From NCBI GenBank assembly GCA_024679065.1, contig JAGIQG010000010.1, positions 58,094,001-58,158,000 of the forward strand: 64,000 bases of DNA. Reading direction: 5' to 3'. Shown one piece after another: positions 11,870 to 25,185 of the stretch. Positions within the stretch are counted from its first letter, which is position 1. Each line of letters begins with the position of its first letter. The DNA comes from Sphyrna mokarran (lineage: Eukaryota). Made by a program: the position numbers and the translations under genes. Under the pieces are notes generated by a model. The model worked only from the letters and a program-made list of their open reading frames with translations, searched no databases and was not told where the DNA came from.

Positions 11870-12600
11870 TGTTTCAGGCATGCCCATTGTCTTGCCTTTA
11901 ATAACTGCTTGTATCCCTTTTCAAAAAAATAATCTGATTTTCATTAATGATGTTATAGTCTCTGCCTAGTAATCCTCCAGTGTGAGAGAAATTTTAGTAA
12001 ATTATTCTTGAAATCTCCCTGGGAATTGAGAGACTATACCCCTTGATATTAATCTGCTGACAAGTAAAAGCAATCTTTCACTGTTCTGTCTCTTCAAATC
12101 CGTAAGTTTTGCTTCCCTCTAAACATTCCCTCATTAACCTTCTTTGTTCAGGAGAGAAAAATGGCCAATGTTTCACAATATTATTCACAATAAAACCTTA
12201 TCATTTGAATGAACTTTTGCTGCAGTCATCCCACATTCAGAAGTCTGTCTTCTGATGAACTTCCTTGATCATTATACAATACTCTTATGTGTCCTAGCCA
12301 CTGACTTAAACAAATTCAATATCAATTCCTCGCTCTTCCATTCAGTGTCATGATATATGGAACCAAAGATCTCATTTGTCTTTCAGTGTCCTTTTCTCAA
12401 ACAAGCTTCTTAAAGATCTATATATCACTTGTTTTCATTACTCTGTTAAATGTGTACTTCTTCTGTTTTTATTTCCACAAGCTTTTCACCTCACTGCACC
12501 AACCATCCAGCTGCCCTGCTACTTTTTTACCTTTCTCCGTCGTTGATACAGTTTGTCTTGCCCCTAATTTGCCATCATCAACCAATTTAAATAAACATCA
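11870..12600 (-). mobile_element. Old CR1-like LINE relic
   Basis: Degenerate minus-strand CR1 3' motifs (cctcattaaccttctttgttcaggagagaa; atttgccatcatcaaccaatttaa). Confidence 0.5.
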
Positions 12601-13339
12601 AGAAACTTAACAAGCACATAAACACCAAGTACCTTTCTCCTGGCTGAAGAAGTCTGGGGCCGGGACTTTCATTGAGCGGCCTGCAGCTGTCTCTTTAAAG
12701 ATTGCTAGTTAGGCTATTCAACACCTGGTACAACTAAAGAAAGGCCAGTTGGGAAAGAAATCATTGTAAGTCCTGTTTATTTGTATGGGCTATCAGGTTC
12801 CAACAATGTCTAAAGGCTCTGATTTATAGCCTGTTTTAAATGGATGCCCTGGACAAGTGAGAGTTGCTCCAGCCAATGTGGAATTTATGTAATTCCAGCA
12901 CAGTTGATGCACAGCATATTACACTATGAAATTCAGAGATCTAATGTCAATTTTAAGCTCAGAAAATAAATAGCCAAGTGTTGAATTTTTTGCCCCAAAA
13001 TTTCTCTTCCAAAAATTTACTTACCATAGACACAATAGTGAAACTTTCGGCAAGAAGAGAAGTATCCTGTTATGATACTTGTAATGTTACATTTTAAGCT
13101 CATACTCCACAATACTTTTGCCTTTTGTTCATTAGCTTTCATTTGCAACTTATTTTTCCTATAAACTGAAGATGCCAGCATTATATATCCTGTGTGAGCA
13201 TAACAGGGTAATTGTGCCCAGAAGGGGCTCAAAATGTTGCTGATTGTGTTGCAATTCAGTTTCCTGTAAAAAAAAATCATTTTCAAAATGTAAATGTAAA
13301 ATTTTCCATAAACCAGCTTGATCGGCTAGCACGATGGAA

Positions 13340-14370
13340 CACAATGGCCACAAACTCCTGGCTTGACCATGCCTGGCGCAGACTGCAACAATCCTGGGAA
13401 ATTGTGTGCGAGTCTAAAAACGGGTTTTGTGCTTGCTGCCAAATTGTTTGCAATCATTCTGGTCCCTTTCTGCTGGTGCAAACAGGTTCTCACCCAGAAA
13501 AAGCATCAGGCTGGTCAAAATATTTAAAGTAGTATTTAAATATGCTTAGCTCCTATTACACCAGATTCCGTCACTTCTTGGGATCGTCCAACCCTTGGAT
13601 GCAGCAAGAAGCCAGCGAGAATCACTGGTCTCCATTAGCGGATGGTCACATCAGGGGACCAGAGGCCATTGAAACCCCTAGGTGCTGTGGAACATGTCTG
13701 ATCAATGCCCATCTGGTAGTGGCAACCTGACAGTGCCAACCTAGCAGATTGGCAGTGTCAGTTGAGTGCTGTCAGGTGGACACTGCCAGTGTGTCAGGGG
13801 CAGTACCGAGGGGATGGGGCTTGTGAGGGTGGGGCTTGTGAGGATAGGGCTTGTGAGGGTGGGGCTTGAGTGGGGGTCATGAGGGGTGGGGCTTAACAGG
13901 TGGGCCATGAAGAGGAGGTTGTGAAGTGGGGGCATGTCAAGGATTATGAAGGGGGTTCCATTGGGAGGCCCCCAATGCCCCGATGCAGGCAATCCATGTC
14001 AGCAGGGGGTGGGGAAACTTGCCAAATGGTGGTGGGAAGAGTGCCGATATTCATGGGGGGAGGGCGAGTATCTCCATGTGCTCTCTTTCAAAATGGTGCC
14101 TGATCACTTTTTAGCTGTGTTCACCAGCGTGATTAGGCTCTGCCCCTCGCTGAACCAGCACACAATTCACCACTCTCCCAAAATATGACTAAGCGTGAGA
14201 TGATGTGTAGTCTGGTCAGCGCCAGACAGACTGGCATAGATTGCTCTGCTTTTCTCACACTTATGCCACTTACACTGGAATTTTCTGACCATTCACACTG
14301 ATGGGATTCTTCTGGCCCCATTGCAGTGAACGAAGATTTGGTTGAGCACCAAATTTTCCAATCTTGTCTG
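13340..14370. mobile_element. Large non-autonomous DNA element (Harbinger-type MITE) with internal G-rich repeat
   Basis: GC-rich island; internal ggggcttgtgagggt repeats; MITE-like termini. Confidence 0.45.
13815..13897 (+). repeat. 15-bp G-rich tandem repeat (ggggcttgtgagggt)
   Basis: About 4-5 imperfect copies read directly. Confidence 0.85.
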
Positions 14371-15289
14371 CAACAACAGCAAGGCATGAACGGACAGAAA
14401 ATTGCATTATTTCGAAAAATTCCACCCAATTATTTTTGTATTCGTTGATATGTTTAAGAATGGTAACAAATTAAAACTTTCTTGAATACTGCTGAAAATA
14501 TTTCTTTTACAAGAAGTAAACATTTTAATTGGAGTGCCCAATCCTTATTTAAAATCTTGAGGAAAAGCAGTGTTGAACCACTGGCTATTTATGTTGGTGT
14601 ATGCTAATCATTTCAGTAAACTGCATATTGATAGGAAAATAATTTGCATACATGTCTATTTTTGGCTATGCATTTTAGACATTAAATAAAATTTGAAAAG
14701 ACATCCCTTAGCAATCTCACAATGTTGACTGAGGGGTATGACTAAATTGTGCTGATATTACTAGTGCAAACAAGCAGAAACTTTGCCCCATGATAGATTG
14801 ACAGACTACAGTTTGACAATTAATTTCTAATTGCAGTATATTAGTCTCTAGAAATGCATAAGATGTGTATTCACATTTTGTCTTCCAAAAGACTGAAAAT
14901 AACAGGTGAGACCAATATATATAAGCCAAACCCATTTGGTCAGGTTTATGTATAAATGAAATAACATATAGGAAGCATAAATTTGAGTGAAAGTGTAGTT
15001 ATCAGGAGTTGAAAAATGCATAAATATAAAATATTTCCAGCCATTTCCAATAGCTTATGTATAACAATTTCTGTAGTGAATTATATCAGAGTTCCTCTAA
15101 TAAGTATGCACACAGCCAAGGCAAGAACTCAAGAGGCAGGCAATTAAAGTGTACAATCTGCTTAAGGTTTAGGTGGACAAGGTGTGAAGTGGCCATCTAA
15201 TAATGCCCAGTATTTGAGAGCTGACGGAAATTGAAACCGTCACCTCATCTGGGCGATAGGAACAGAATCAGCAGCAGAGTGACCTCTAG

Positions 15290-17945
15290 CTTTGCACTTT
15301 CCTGGATGTGATTAATTTGGGAACAAGGTACCAATAATGGGAATGATAATCGGAGCATGGCAGGAAAGAACAGAGTTTATAAACCTCAGAGTCAGGCAGC
15401 AGAAAAAGTCAGAAGTGCCAAAGGACAGAAGTAAAGGCTCTGTATCGAAATGCACCATCGCATTTGTGATAAGATGAAGGAATTGGCAGCCCAAATAGAA
15501 GTAGATACATAGACTCTAAAACCTTGACTCCAAAAATGTCAAAGGCTGGGATCTGAATATTTCAAGACACATGACATTTTAGGAGCACAGGAAGGCCTGT
15601 TAAATAAGGATGTCATTAGTACATTAGAGATGGATGACATTGGCTCTAAAGATCTGAATGTAGAATCTGTTTGGGTAGAGATAGAAATGATTTCGCATCT
15701 TATTTTTTACTTGGGAGTGTTATAGGACTCCTAACAATAGGGGTCCTATAAATCATGTGAAACAGTGTGGAAAGACAGAAAGATAATTAGGGTTTAAGAG
15801 AATAGTATGATGATAATCATGGATTTTTAAATTTATATGGAGACAAATGTGGGTAAATCAGATTGGCAAAGGTACCCTAGAAAATGAGTTTATAGTCGTA
15901 TTTTTGGGACAGCATGTGCTGTAGCCAGCTAAATCTAGTGATATGCAACAAGACAGGGTTAATTAATGATCTAACAGTAAAGGCACCCCCAGGCACCAGT
16001 GATCATAATATGATTGGATTTTGCATTCAGTTTGAGAAAGAGAAGAGTGCAATAAGAGCAACTACAAGAGTTGAAGACATAGTTGGCTAAAGTGAACTAG
16101 AAAGTTAGGTTAAGGATAGGCCAGTAGAGATGCGGTAGCAGACAATTAAGGAGGTATTTTAGGATGTGCAGTAAAGATATATTCCAGTGAGAAAGAAGAC
16201 AGTCGGGGAAGAGCACACCATCTGTGGCTAAATAAAGAACTTAAAGATAGCATTGAAAGAAAAAGCAAAAATCAGCAGCAGGTTAGAAGATTGGCAGAAT
16301 TTTAAAAATAGCAGAAATGACTGAAAGAATAATTGGGGGGGGGCAAATGAGAGAAAACTAGCTGGAAATATCAAAGCAGACAGTAGGAGTTTCTGCAGGT
16401 ATGTAAAAAAGAAAAGTGAGTAAAGTGAGTGCTGGTCTTCCTAGAAATCATAGTGATTCAAGAATTGAAAGGGAGGGATGAACTTCAAACAGTTATGATC
16501 ACCAGGGAAAAAATACTGAACTAAAAGCTGGCAAGTCCTTCGTCCTGATGGACTTCATCGTGGAGTCTTAAAGAAGTGACAGCTGAAATTGTAGAAGCAC
16601 TGGTTTTCATTTTCCAATTTTTCTTGAATTCTTAGAAAATAGTTAATCTAACTTCCCTATTCAAGAAAAGAGGGAATCAGAAAACAGGGAACTGCAGGCC
16701 AGTTAGCTGAACATCAATCACAAGGAGGTTATAGCTGGACATTTAGAAAATCTCAGTGCAATCAGGCAGAGTCAACATGGTTTTGTGAAAGTGAAATCAT
16801 GTTTGACTAATTTATTAGAGTTCTTTGAGGGAATAACATGCAATGTTGATGAAGGAAAACCTCTGGATTTAATGTTCTTGAATTTCTAAAGTTTTCTGCC
16901 AAGATGCTACATCTTTCATTATTACACAATCTTTGAACTCATTGGTTAGCAAAGAGTAGGAATAAATGGTCATTTATTCCTCCGGTTGGCAAGAGGTAAT
17001 GAGTGGAGTGTCACAAGGGTCAGTGCTGGAGCCTCAACAATGTACAATCTATATCGATGAATTGGATGAAGGGACCAAATATATAGTTGCTAAATTTGCT
17101 GATGTCGCAAAGAAAGATAGGAAAGTAAGTTGTGAAGAGGACACAAGAAACTGCAAAGGGCAACGGATAGGTTAATTGAGAAGAGAAAAATTTGGCAAAT
17201 GGAATATAATACGTGAAAATCTGTGAAGGAAAACTTTGGCATGAAGAATAGAAATAGGATATGGTTGGGACATGAATCACAAAAAGTTGGTATGAGGTAC
17301 AGCAAGGTACTGTTAATGAAATGTTGCCATTTATTGCAAGGGAAATGGAATATAAAAGTTGTTTTGCTACAGTTGTACAGGCAACTGATGTGAGCACATC
17401 TGGAATACTGTGTACAGTTTTGATCTCCTTATTTAAGAAAGAACATAATTGCACTAGAGACCATTCAGAGAAGGTTCTTCTGACTGATTCTCGGGATGAA
17501 GATGCTGTCTCCTGAGGACAGGTTGGACAGGTTGGGCCTGTATTCATGAAAAGTTAAAAGAATGAGAGATGACTTTATTGAAACACATAAGATTTTGAGG
17601 GGACTTGACAGAGTGGATACTGAGGGAATGTTTTTCCTTGACAGAGAGATCAAAACTAGGGGTCATAGTTTAAAAATAAAAGGTTTCCCTCTCTGAGATA
17701 GTTGAGGAGAGATTTGTTTCTCTGAGAATTGAGTCTGTAGACCTCTCTTCCCAAAAGTAGAGGCAGGATCATTGATTATTTTTGAGGCAACAGTAAATAG
17801 ATCCTTGACTAACAAGGGAATCAAAGGGTGCCGAGAAAGGCAGAATATTACATTGTGGCCACAATCAGATCAGCTAAGTATGTAAAGCATACATAGTGGT
17901 GGAGCAGGTTCAAGAAGTCAAACACCCTGCTCCTGTTCCTTATTT
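15290..17945 (+). mobile_element. Long degenerate CR1 LINE (endonuclease through RT and 3' end)
   Basis: SDHNMI-like (agtgatcataatatgattgg), PGPDG-like (cctgatggacttcatc), SQHGF (agtcaacatggttttgtg), SGVSQGSVLEPQ and KFADV motifs; many stops and frameshifts. Confidence 0.92.
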
Positions 17946-17984
17946 GTATGCTCATATTTTCATACATATGTTTGTCAAAACATA

Positions 17985-18405
17985 TTGGCTGGAACTTTAT
18001 CACCCCACCTGCCATGGGAATGGAGCGGGTGAGGGGTGGACCATGGAGAGAGAGGGTGGGATTTTATGGTATAAATTTCATGCTGAATTTACATTTGTAG
18101 TAAAATAAACTCAATGACAATTACACTACCCTTCAAGGCAGCATGATACCAACAATACTAAGCCATGGTGCAGTGCCTTGATAACTGCAATGTCCAATAA
18201 AGCAGCCCCATGACAACTTTACTAATGTATAATTTCGTACGAGCAAGGCTGTAAAATTCTACCCATTGGATAGGATCTTACCAGCCATTCATGTCACACT
18301 CCTGCTGCAACGAAGTTGGTGAATTTGGCATCCAGTCAAATCTCCATGCATTGCAATGAGATGGGAAAATCTTTCCAGTGTGAATGGCCGTAACATTCTG
18401 GCCAC
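17985..18405. mobile_element. Two adjacent Harbinger-type MITEs; the first carries a templated insertion
   Basis: Termini ggctggaactttat...gtaaaattctaccc and ggataggatcttac...gtaacattctggcc. Confidence 0.6.
18064..18233 (-). repeat. 170-bp inverted copy of 20873-21042
   Basis: Manual alignment: 165/170 identical, no indels. Confidence 0.95.
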
Positions 18406-20074
18406 TGCTTTATCATCTCATTTGAGGTGTTAACACATTCTTATTTTACTTAAACCTCAAATAAAAAATTAAAGCACCATAAAAGCAATGTTATTCACTT
18501 TTAATAAAATTCCGTTGGATTGCGTGCTAAACCATTGGAGTCCAACAACACTTTTATCCAGAGGATTAAAAAGAATGAACTTAAGTCTCACAGTTTGTAA
18601 GATTGTGCTCCCTTTCTCTCAGAAAAGTGGAAAACAGCTAGTTTAATCCTCCGCATGCTGCTGGTTTTCAATAGACGTCCTCCAGGTGTCAGAATTTGCA
18701 TTTCAGCTGTACAGTTGGACAAATGATTCAACTTATTATAAAAACTCTCAAAGTGCACACTTGCAAAGCGAAAGCAACATTTAAGAAAGAAAAAATTTTT
18801 GCTAAACCATAAGTGTAGATTTTTGAAACGAGGGTTCACTGACCCCAACAGGTTCCTAAAGGGATCCGATGTCATCAGAGATTTTATTATTGAGAATCCT
18901 GACAATATTTTCATAAAAGTTTGGAAACCACTGAGTGAAGCGATGTGTGAGGAGGAAGGAAAATGATACAGCATATATTGAAGAATGGCATGAGGAATAA
19001 AAATGTCCTTTTAGCTTTTTACTTCAATCGTGGGCCAGTACTCAAACTGTTTTCAGACATTATTGCAACATTGCTTCTAACTACAGAATCTCTTAGTTAT
19101 TTCTCAGGCATGTACCACAAGTTGGAGGGGAAGAAAGGAACACCTTTATTCACTACTTGAATAATAAATTACTGACTATGATTCATTATTGACCAGCAAA
19201 ATATAAAGAAAAATGACTTCAAATGCTGTTGTATGACATAAAATAATCCTTAAGCCAAGTGAAGAAAAATGCACCACACAGGACCAATACTGTAGTTCAC
19301 ACTGCAGATGTGCAGTGTTTATATTCTATAAAAAATGTGCAATTCCTCTTGGTTTTTTGAAATAACGTTCAATATCAGTAATATGGAGACTGAAAGCAGT
19401 ATACAATGAAATATTGCATTTGTAAGTTTAAACATAAAGGCATAACTCAAAGTCTCAAGCTAACATCTCAGCAAACACCTTCCAGCTTCTGTAAACATTA
19501 TTCAGCCAACAGAATTATCTGCGATGAAATTCCGATGATACAAACACCAGAGGGTATTTGTGGGCTCCCAAATTCCCCAGCAAATGAAAGGTTATGTTCC
19601 CATATCTACTAATAAATGTAGCTCACCAACGAACCAAAGCTGCACCAGGTGCAGGTCGCCCTGCAGCCAGAACATAACCTTCCCAAGCAAACAGGTCAAA
19701 CTTCAGACCTGTTCCCAGGAGGAAGCATAGGATACAGAACCTGTGCCAATTACCTTTTTTTATCTGCCCCAGAGCAACATTTGTTAAAGTATTGCCCTCT
19801 GTTTAAAATTAAAGCAAGGTCAAGATAGTCAAGCATTGTACAGGGCCTTCCAATTGCAGGCAAGTTCCCCTCTTTTTAAAATGTAAGAGCAATATTATAG
19901 TCTGTTCAGGTCACAAACACAGACTGCAACAGAGTTTACAGGACAGCTAAATACAACTAACTTGGAAATTCACTGCGATGTGTGAAGCAATTCTATAATT
20001 AGTGTAATTTTGATTGTGCGGGTATTGGTTAGTGTAGTACTTGTGGAACTAATCTGTGGCTTAAATTAGTTGCA

Positions 20075-20800
20075 ATGGCACTGCACTATATCAATGTGCA
20101 CTATGTCTGTGTATGGTCATTATGGTGCTGCACTATATCTGTGTGCACTATATCTGTGTGTGGTCATTGTGGTGCTGCACGAGATCTGTGTGAATTTGTT
20201 ATGGTGCTGCACTATATCAGTGTGCACTATGTCTGTGTGTGGTCATTATGGTGCTGCACTATATCTGTGTGTGATCATTGTGGTGCTGCACTATATCTGT
20301 GTATATTTGTTATGGTGCTGTACTATATCAGTGTGCACTATGTCTGTGTGTGGTCATTATGGCATTATGGTGCTGCACTATATCTGTGTATAGTTGTTAT
20401 GGTGCTGTACTAGAATGTGTGTGGTCATTATGGTTCTGCATTATATATGAGTGCAGTTATGGCGCTGCAGTATATTTGTGAATGGTTGTTACCGTTGCTG
20501 CACAATATCAGTGTGCATTATATATGTGTGTGATCATTATGGTGCTGCACTACATTTGTGTGTAGTTTCTATTGTGCTGCACTATTTCTGTGTGTGATCA
20601 TTATGGTGTTGCACTTTATTTGTGTGTAGCTGTTATGGTGCTGCATTATATCAGAATGCAATATATCTGTGTGTGGTCATTATGGTGCTGCATTATATCT
20701 GTGTGTAATTGCTACGGTGCTGCATTATATCTGTGTGTAATTGCTACGGTGCTGCATTATATCTGTGTGTAGTTGCTATGGTGCTTGCACTGTAGCTTTG
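20075..20800 (+). repeat. Minisatellite, ~32-bp unit (tgtggtcattatggtgctgcactatatctgtg) with ~16-bp subunit
   Basis: About 20 imperfect units read directly; decays to about 20940. Confidence 0.95.
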
Positions 20801-20872
20801 TTATTTTCATGACACTGCACTTTAAGATAATGTTGTTACTATGACATTGCACTGCAGTTGCCATGGACTTGC

Positions 20873-21042
20873 ATTATACATTAGTAAAGTTGTCATGGGG
20901 CTGCTTTATTGGACATTGCAGTTGTCAAGGCACTGCACCATGGCTTAGTATTGTTGGCATCGTGCTGCCTTGAAGGGTAGTGTAATTGTCATCAAGTTTA
21001 TTTTACTACAAATGTAAATTCAGCATGAAATTTATACCATAA
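20873..21042 (+). repeat. Likely donor of the 170-bp inverted duplication
   Basis: Reverse complement of 18064-18233; continuous with the decayed end of the minisatellite. Confidence 0.9.
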
Positions 21043-21094
21043 CAAGCTGCCAACTTAGATCATGTTATAAAGATCTGTTTTATTTATTTACAAT

Positions 21095-21560
21095 AGCTTG
21101 CATTTCATATAGCATTTTTAACAACAAAAAAGACATAATTCAAATGGATGCTAAATCAGGAACCAAGAGAAATTGAGGAACGACCAAATGAAACTGATGG
21201 CTTTTGTGGAAACTGGGTAGCTTAAAGAATGAATTCCAAAGAGTAGGACTGAGACATGTGACAGCCCTGTGAACTGTGACATGTCTCATAGAGGGATAAA
21301 GTGAAGCAAATCAGAGGAAAGCAGATAATGTGAAGCAAAGCAGAGGAATAAAGGCCTGGAGCAGATTGCAGGAAGATGAGGCAAGGAGAGATTCAGATAA
21401 GGATTTTGAATTAAATGCTTTGCATTTAATTCTGTTCGGGTCAGTCAGTCAGGACTGGGATAAAGGTTGAAAGAGCCCTACAGTGGAACAAAATTTGAGT
21501 TTTGGAAATTATGAAGGATGAAAGATGGGATGCCAGAAAGAAGTTGTAAGTGTTAAATAA
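21095..21560 (-). mobile_element. L2-like LINE 3' relic
   Basis: cttgcatttcatatagcattttt terminus; gaattccaaagagtaggac and ggattttgaatt motifs. Confidence 0.5.
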
Positions 21561-21776
21561 ATATTTCCTCACAGTTCAGGTTTGAATGCATTGTTGAACA
21601 GATGCCATTTTTAACTTCTATTCTATTATTGCGCAGAGTGATAACCCATCTCCTTCCTTGCTCCAAAAACAAGTTCAAATTCAAATCAAATCCAATTTCA
21701 TAACTCTTTACAAAGGAGACACCCTAGATCCAAGCTGACAAGAACAGGCATGACACCTAACCTCATGAATGATGAT

Positions 21777-21892
21777 ATGGAGATGCCGGCATTAGACTGG
21801 GGTAAGCACAGTAAGAAGTCTCACAACGGAAGAAAGAGCAGCACTCCAAAAGCTTGTTGGACTTTAACCTGAAAGACTTCTTACTGTGCTTA
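21777..21892. mobile_element. Penelope-like terminal-repeat remnant with inverted arms
   Basis: atggagatgccggcattagactggggtaagcacagtaagaagtctcacaac resembles 59230-59279; perfect 19-bp inverted repeat 21803-21821 / 21874-21892. Confidence 0.7.
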
Positions 21893-22769
21893 TGAGTGAT
21901 CCCATGCTTAATCTTAGCCAAAAGGCCAATGAGCAATTGACAGACATCAATTGCATTACAACAGTTACAGTTATATACTAAGAACTTATACAACCCGGCT
22001 TTCCCACATTCCGAAGCGGATCAGGCTTGGCCTGCTTAGTCTGACTGTTCTCAAGAATTGTCATAATTTTGTAGCATTCTGTGCCCTTCCTTTCCCTTTG
22101 GCATTTCACACATTACTTGCATAATAAGCCATTCACCTTGAGGTGGCATGTTGCTGTCTCAGCATGTTCTGACCCTGTAATTATTTTATCAGTAGCAAAT
22201 GATGAATGTGTTAAGTCAACATGACCATGTCAAGTTCATTGTTATCGTAGTTCATCAGACAGTTATTGTCCTCCTAAGTTAGTTAGTTTAGTCCCCAGTC
22301 TTACATACATATGAGCTTGAATCAAGTTGACTTGAATTAAATTGTCTTGGTGAAGGATCTGGATCTAATCATCTTCAGTATTGAACAGAAATCCAAAATT
22401 GCTGTAATGTGGTTTAGGCTGAGAGTTTTGATGTGAGAAGTGTGAGTAGTAGACTATGTGGCCATGGAGCAGAATGTGAGAGTTTGTGGCAAGGCTCAAA
22501 ACAATGGCACTGGCAACCTTGGTGTTGGGCTGGAAGGAGTTGTAAATTACACAGGAATGTTGTCAAACAAGCAGATTGTCAACATAGGCTTTGTCAAAGG
22601 GTCAAGAGACGTGATGGTGAGGTAAAGTTGGGTGCATGCGGAAGCTGCTGGAAGAATGGATGGAAAAAGTGAAGCTGATAAATTACTGGGCCACTCCAGA
22701 GGTAATGCTACAAGGCATGGAAAAATCAGCTGCTTCTGGATGCAAATGGAGAGGAATGACACCAAAGAC

Positions 22770-22880
22770 CATGGACAGAATTTTCCTGTCCTGGCTGCCA
22801 TGGGAATCATAACAGGTGGGACAGGGCCATGCAAAGCCCAGTTAACTTTGGACGAGATTTTCCAATTTTGGGGTAAGTGC
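22770..22880 (+). mobile_element. Short MITE
   Basis: ggacagaattttcc start; gccatgggaat motif shared with the MITE at 17985. Confidence 0.5.
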
Positions 22881-24327
22881 AGCTAGAATCTGAAGACCAG
22901 AGGATGTATAGTGGAGGATATCATTGTTATTTGTCCTAAACACTGCAATAGGATCCTAACTACAGCAGCTTCTTTCACTTCCTGGATGCCTGGCATATAT
23001 GTTTTAGAAAGTTACCAACCTTCATTGGATATTTTTCAACCCTTTTTGTTAGGACTTCCACTATGGTTCTCTTGACCATAAAAGTATAGCATAAGAAGGG
23101 CAAAGAGAAATATCATAATTCAGAACTTCTCATTTTCCCTTCTATCCAGATATTTATCCAATGTCCCTCCTCAATAGAGGAATCTGATGTTTATTCCGTT
23201 TCCTTTTTAACAAATGTTTACACGGAGCCAGCATTCACAGCACTAGGTGGCAGTCTGTTCCAGAAGTTAACAATTTGGCTATTGAAGTTCCTCATTATGT
23301 AATGTGTAGCTTATGGTTTCCCTAGTTTATTTGGTAGTTCCTTTTGCTGGTCTTAGACAAAGAAGTTATAACACATTCAATGTCGGCATTCCTTTCATGA
23401 TTCTTTTTGAGACATTAGCATGCTGGTGCTTCCACCACCCATTTGTCTTTTTTTCCAACTAGAACAGTATTGAGATGCCCTTTTGACGCAGTCTTCACAG
23501 TTCGGTGATCTGAGACCTGGAAGTATCGTTGTTGGTCTTTCTGATCCCCTTAAACCTCGAGAGTAAACACTACCTGCGGCAATCACATTGACAACATCTC
23601 CCAACGTAACACTTGGCAGCACAAACACACAGGGGCCGGACGTCCCATTGGGAAGCCTCTGAAAATGCCTTAGAATTTCAGCAGCTTAGCAGTATGCAAA
23701 ACCCTTTGGCCTCTGTGGGATTTCAATCTTGTTTTGCTTCAATTTAAATGCGTGTCTTATTAAAATGTGTAAAACATGAAGAGAGCAGGCTAAGCATTCT
23801 GAATCGAGACTTCACTAAATATGTAATTTTTGGTAAGCAACTGAACCTTGCCGTTTATCTTCATTTCATAATCTGTGATTCTTCCTGATTCCAAGTTAAA
23901 TCATTACTGCTGCCATGTTGTCGAAAATATGTTCTGAACAGAACTAAGTGGAACTGCTTCGCTCCAACTGTTTGCAATATTTCTTATCACCTGCCTTCCA
24001 CTCTGAATAATCTTTCCAACCACGTTTTATTCCTTAAGGTTCAGTAAAGTATCACTGCACGTTTATGGGAGAAGTCAGTCTTATCGACCCCAATTTGCTG
24101 CTGGTGGGAAAAATGTGATGCACTCACCTCCTTGCACCTATAGCATGATAACCAGGTCTGATCACATCTGAGTGAATAGTCTGCAGAAAATGCTTTGTCC
24201 AGGATTCAGGACTGTGGCATCTTTGACTGGAAATCAAACTCTGGAAAGCATCACCTCCCAGGGTTACAACTTACCATTAAAAGGGAAGTTCTGGCTAGAC
24301 AGAAAAGAGGTGTAGTTGATCTTGATC

Positions 24328-25185
24328 TTTATTTGATTTGATTTATTATTGTCACATGTATGAGTATACAGTGAAAAGTATTGTTTCTTGTGCGCTATAC
24401 AGGTAAAGCATACCGTGTACAGAGAAGGAAAGGAGAGAGTGCAGAATGTAGCATTACAGCCATAGTTAGGGTGTAGAGCAAGATCAACATAATATGAGTT
24501 AAGTCCATTCAAAACTCTGATGGCAGCAGGGAAGAAGCTATTCTTGAGTTGCTTGGTACGCGTCCTCAGACTTTTGTATCTTTTTCCCAATGGAAGAAGG
24601 TGGAAGAGAAAATGCATGGGGTCTTTAATTATGCTGGCTGTTTTGCTGAGGCAATGGAAAATGTAGACAGAGTCAGTGGGAGACTGGTTTGCATGATGGG
24701 CTGGGCATCATTCATGACTTTTTGTATTTTGTCATCTTAGACAGAGCAGGAGCTATACCAAGCTGTGATATAACCAGAAGGAATATTTTCTACGGTGCAT
24801 CTGAAATGTTGATGAGAGTCAACATTGGACATACCAAATGGACATGCCAAATTTCCTTAGCCTCATGAGAAAGTAGAGGCTTGGTGTGCTTTCTTAACTA
24901 CAGTGTCCGCACGGAGGCAGTAGGACAGGCTCTTAGAGATCTGGACACCTAAAAACCTGAAGCTCTCGACCATTTCTACTTCATCACGTTGATGTAGACA
25001 AGGCATGTTCTCCACTATGCTTCCTGAAGTCGATGACCATCTCCACCCTTTTGTTGATATTGAGGGAGAGATTATTGTCGTCCCACCAGTTCACCAGATT
25101 CTCTATCTCTTTCCCGTACTTTGTCTCACTATTGTTTGAGAGCCAACCCATTGCGCTGGTGTCAACAGCAAACTTGAAAATCGAC
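24328..25185 (-). mobile_element. Rex1/Babar-clade LINE, 5'-truncated
   Basis: ORF 24264-24617 HFLFHLLPLGKRYKSLRTRTKQLKNSFFPAAIRVLN; FADDT-like codons near 25170; (caaat)n tail. Confidence 0.88.

Noticed and set aside
17020-17547. 175-aa minus-strand ORF
   Set aside because: Antisense to a decayed CR1 RT region.
20070-20772. Cys/Val-rich ORFs, and a CRISPR-like look of the repeats
   Set aside because: Translations of a minisatellite; tandem units have no unique spacers and the context is vertebrate.
21250-21288. 15-bp inverted repeat tgagacatgtgacag / ctgtgacatgtctca
   Set aside because: Short and inside an L2 relic; too little to call an RNA or element.
22211-22336. Degenerate ~25-bp inverted repeats
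   Set aside because: Too diverged to define an element; no TSD.
23238-23256. CTCF-like motif cagcactaggtggcagtc
   Set aside because: Single imperfect match within a probable LINE relic; not supportable without ChIP or conservation.
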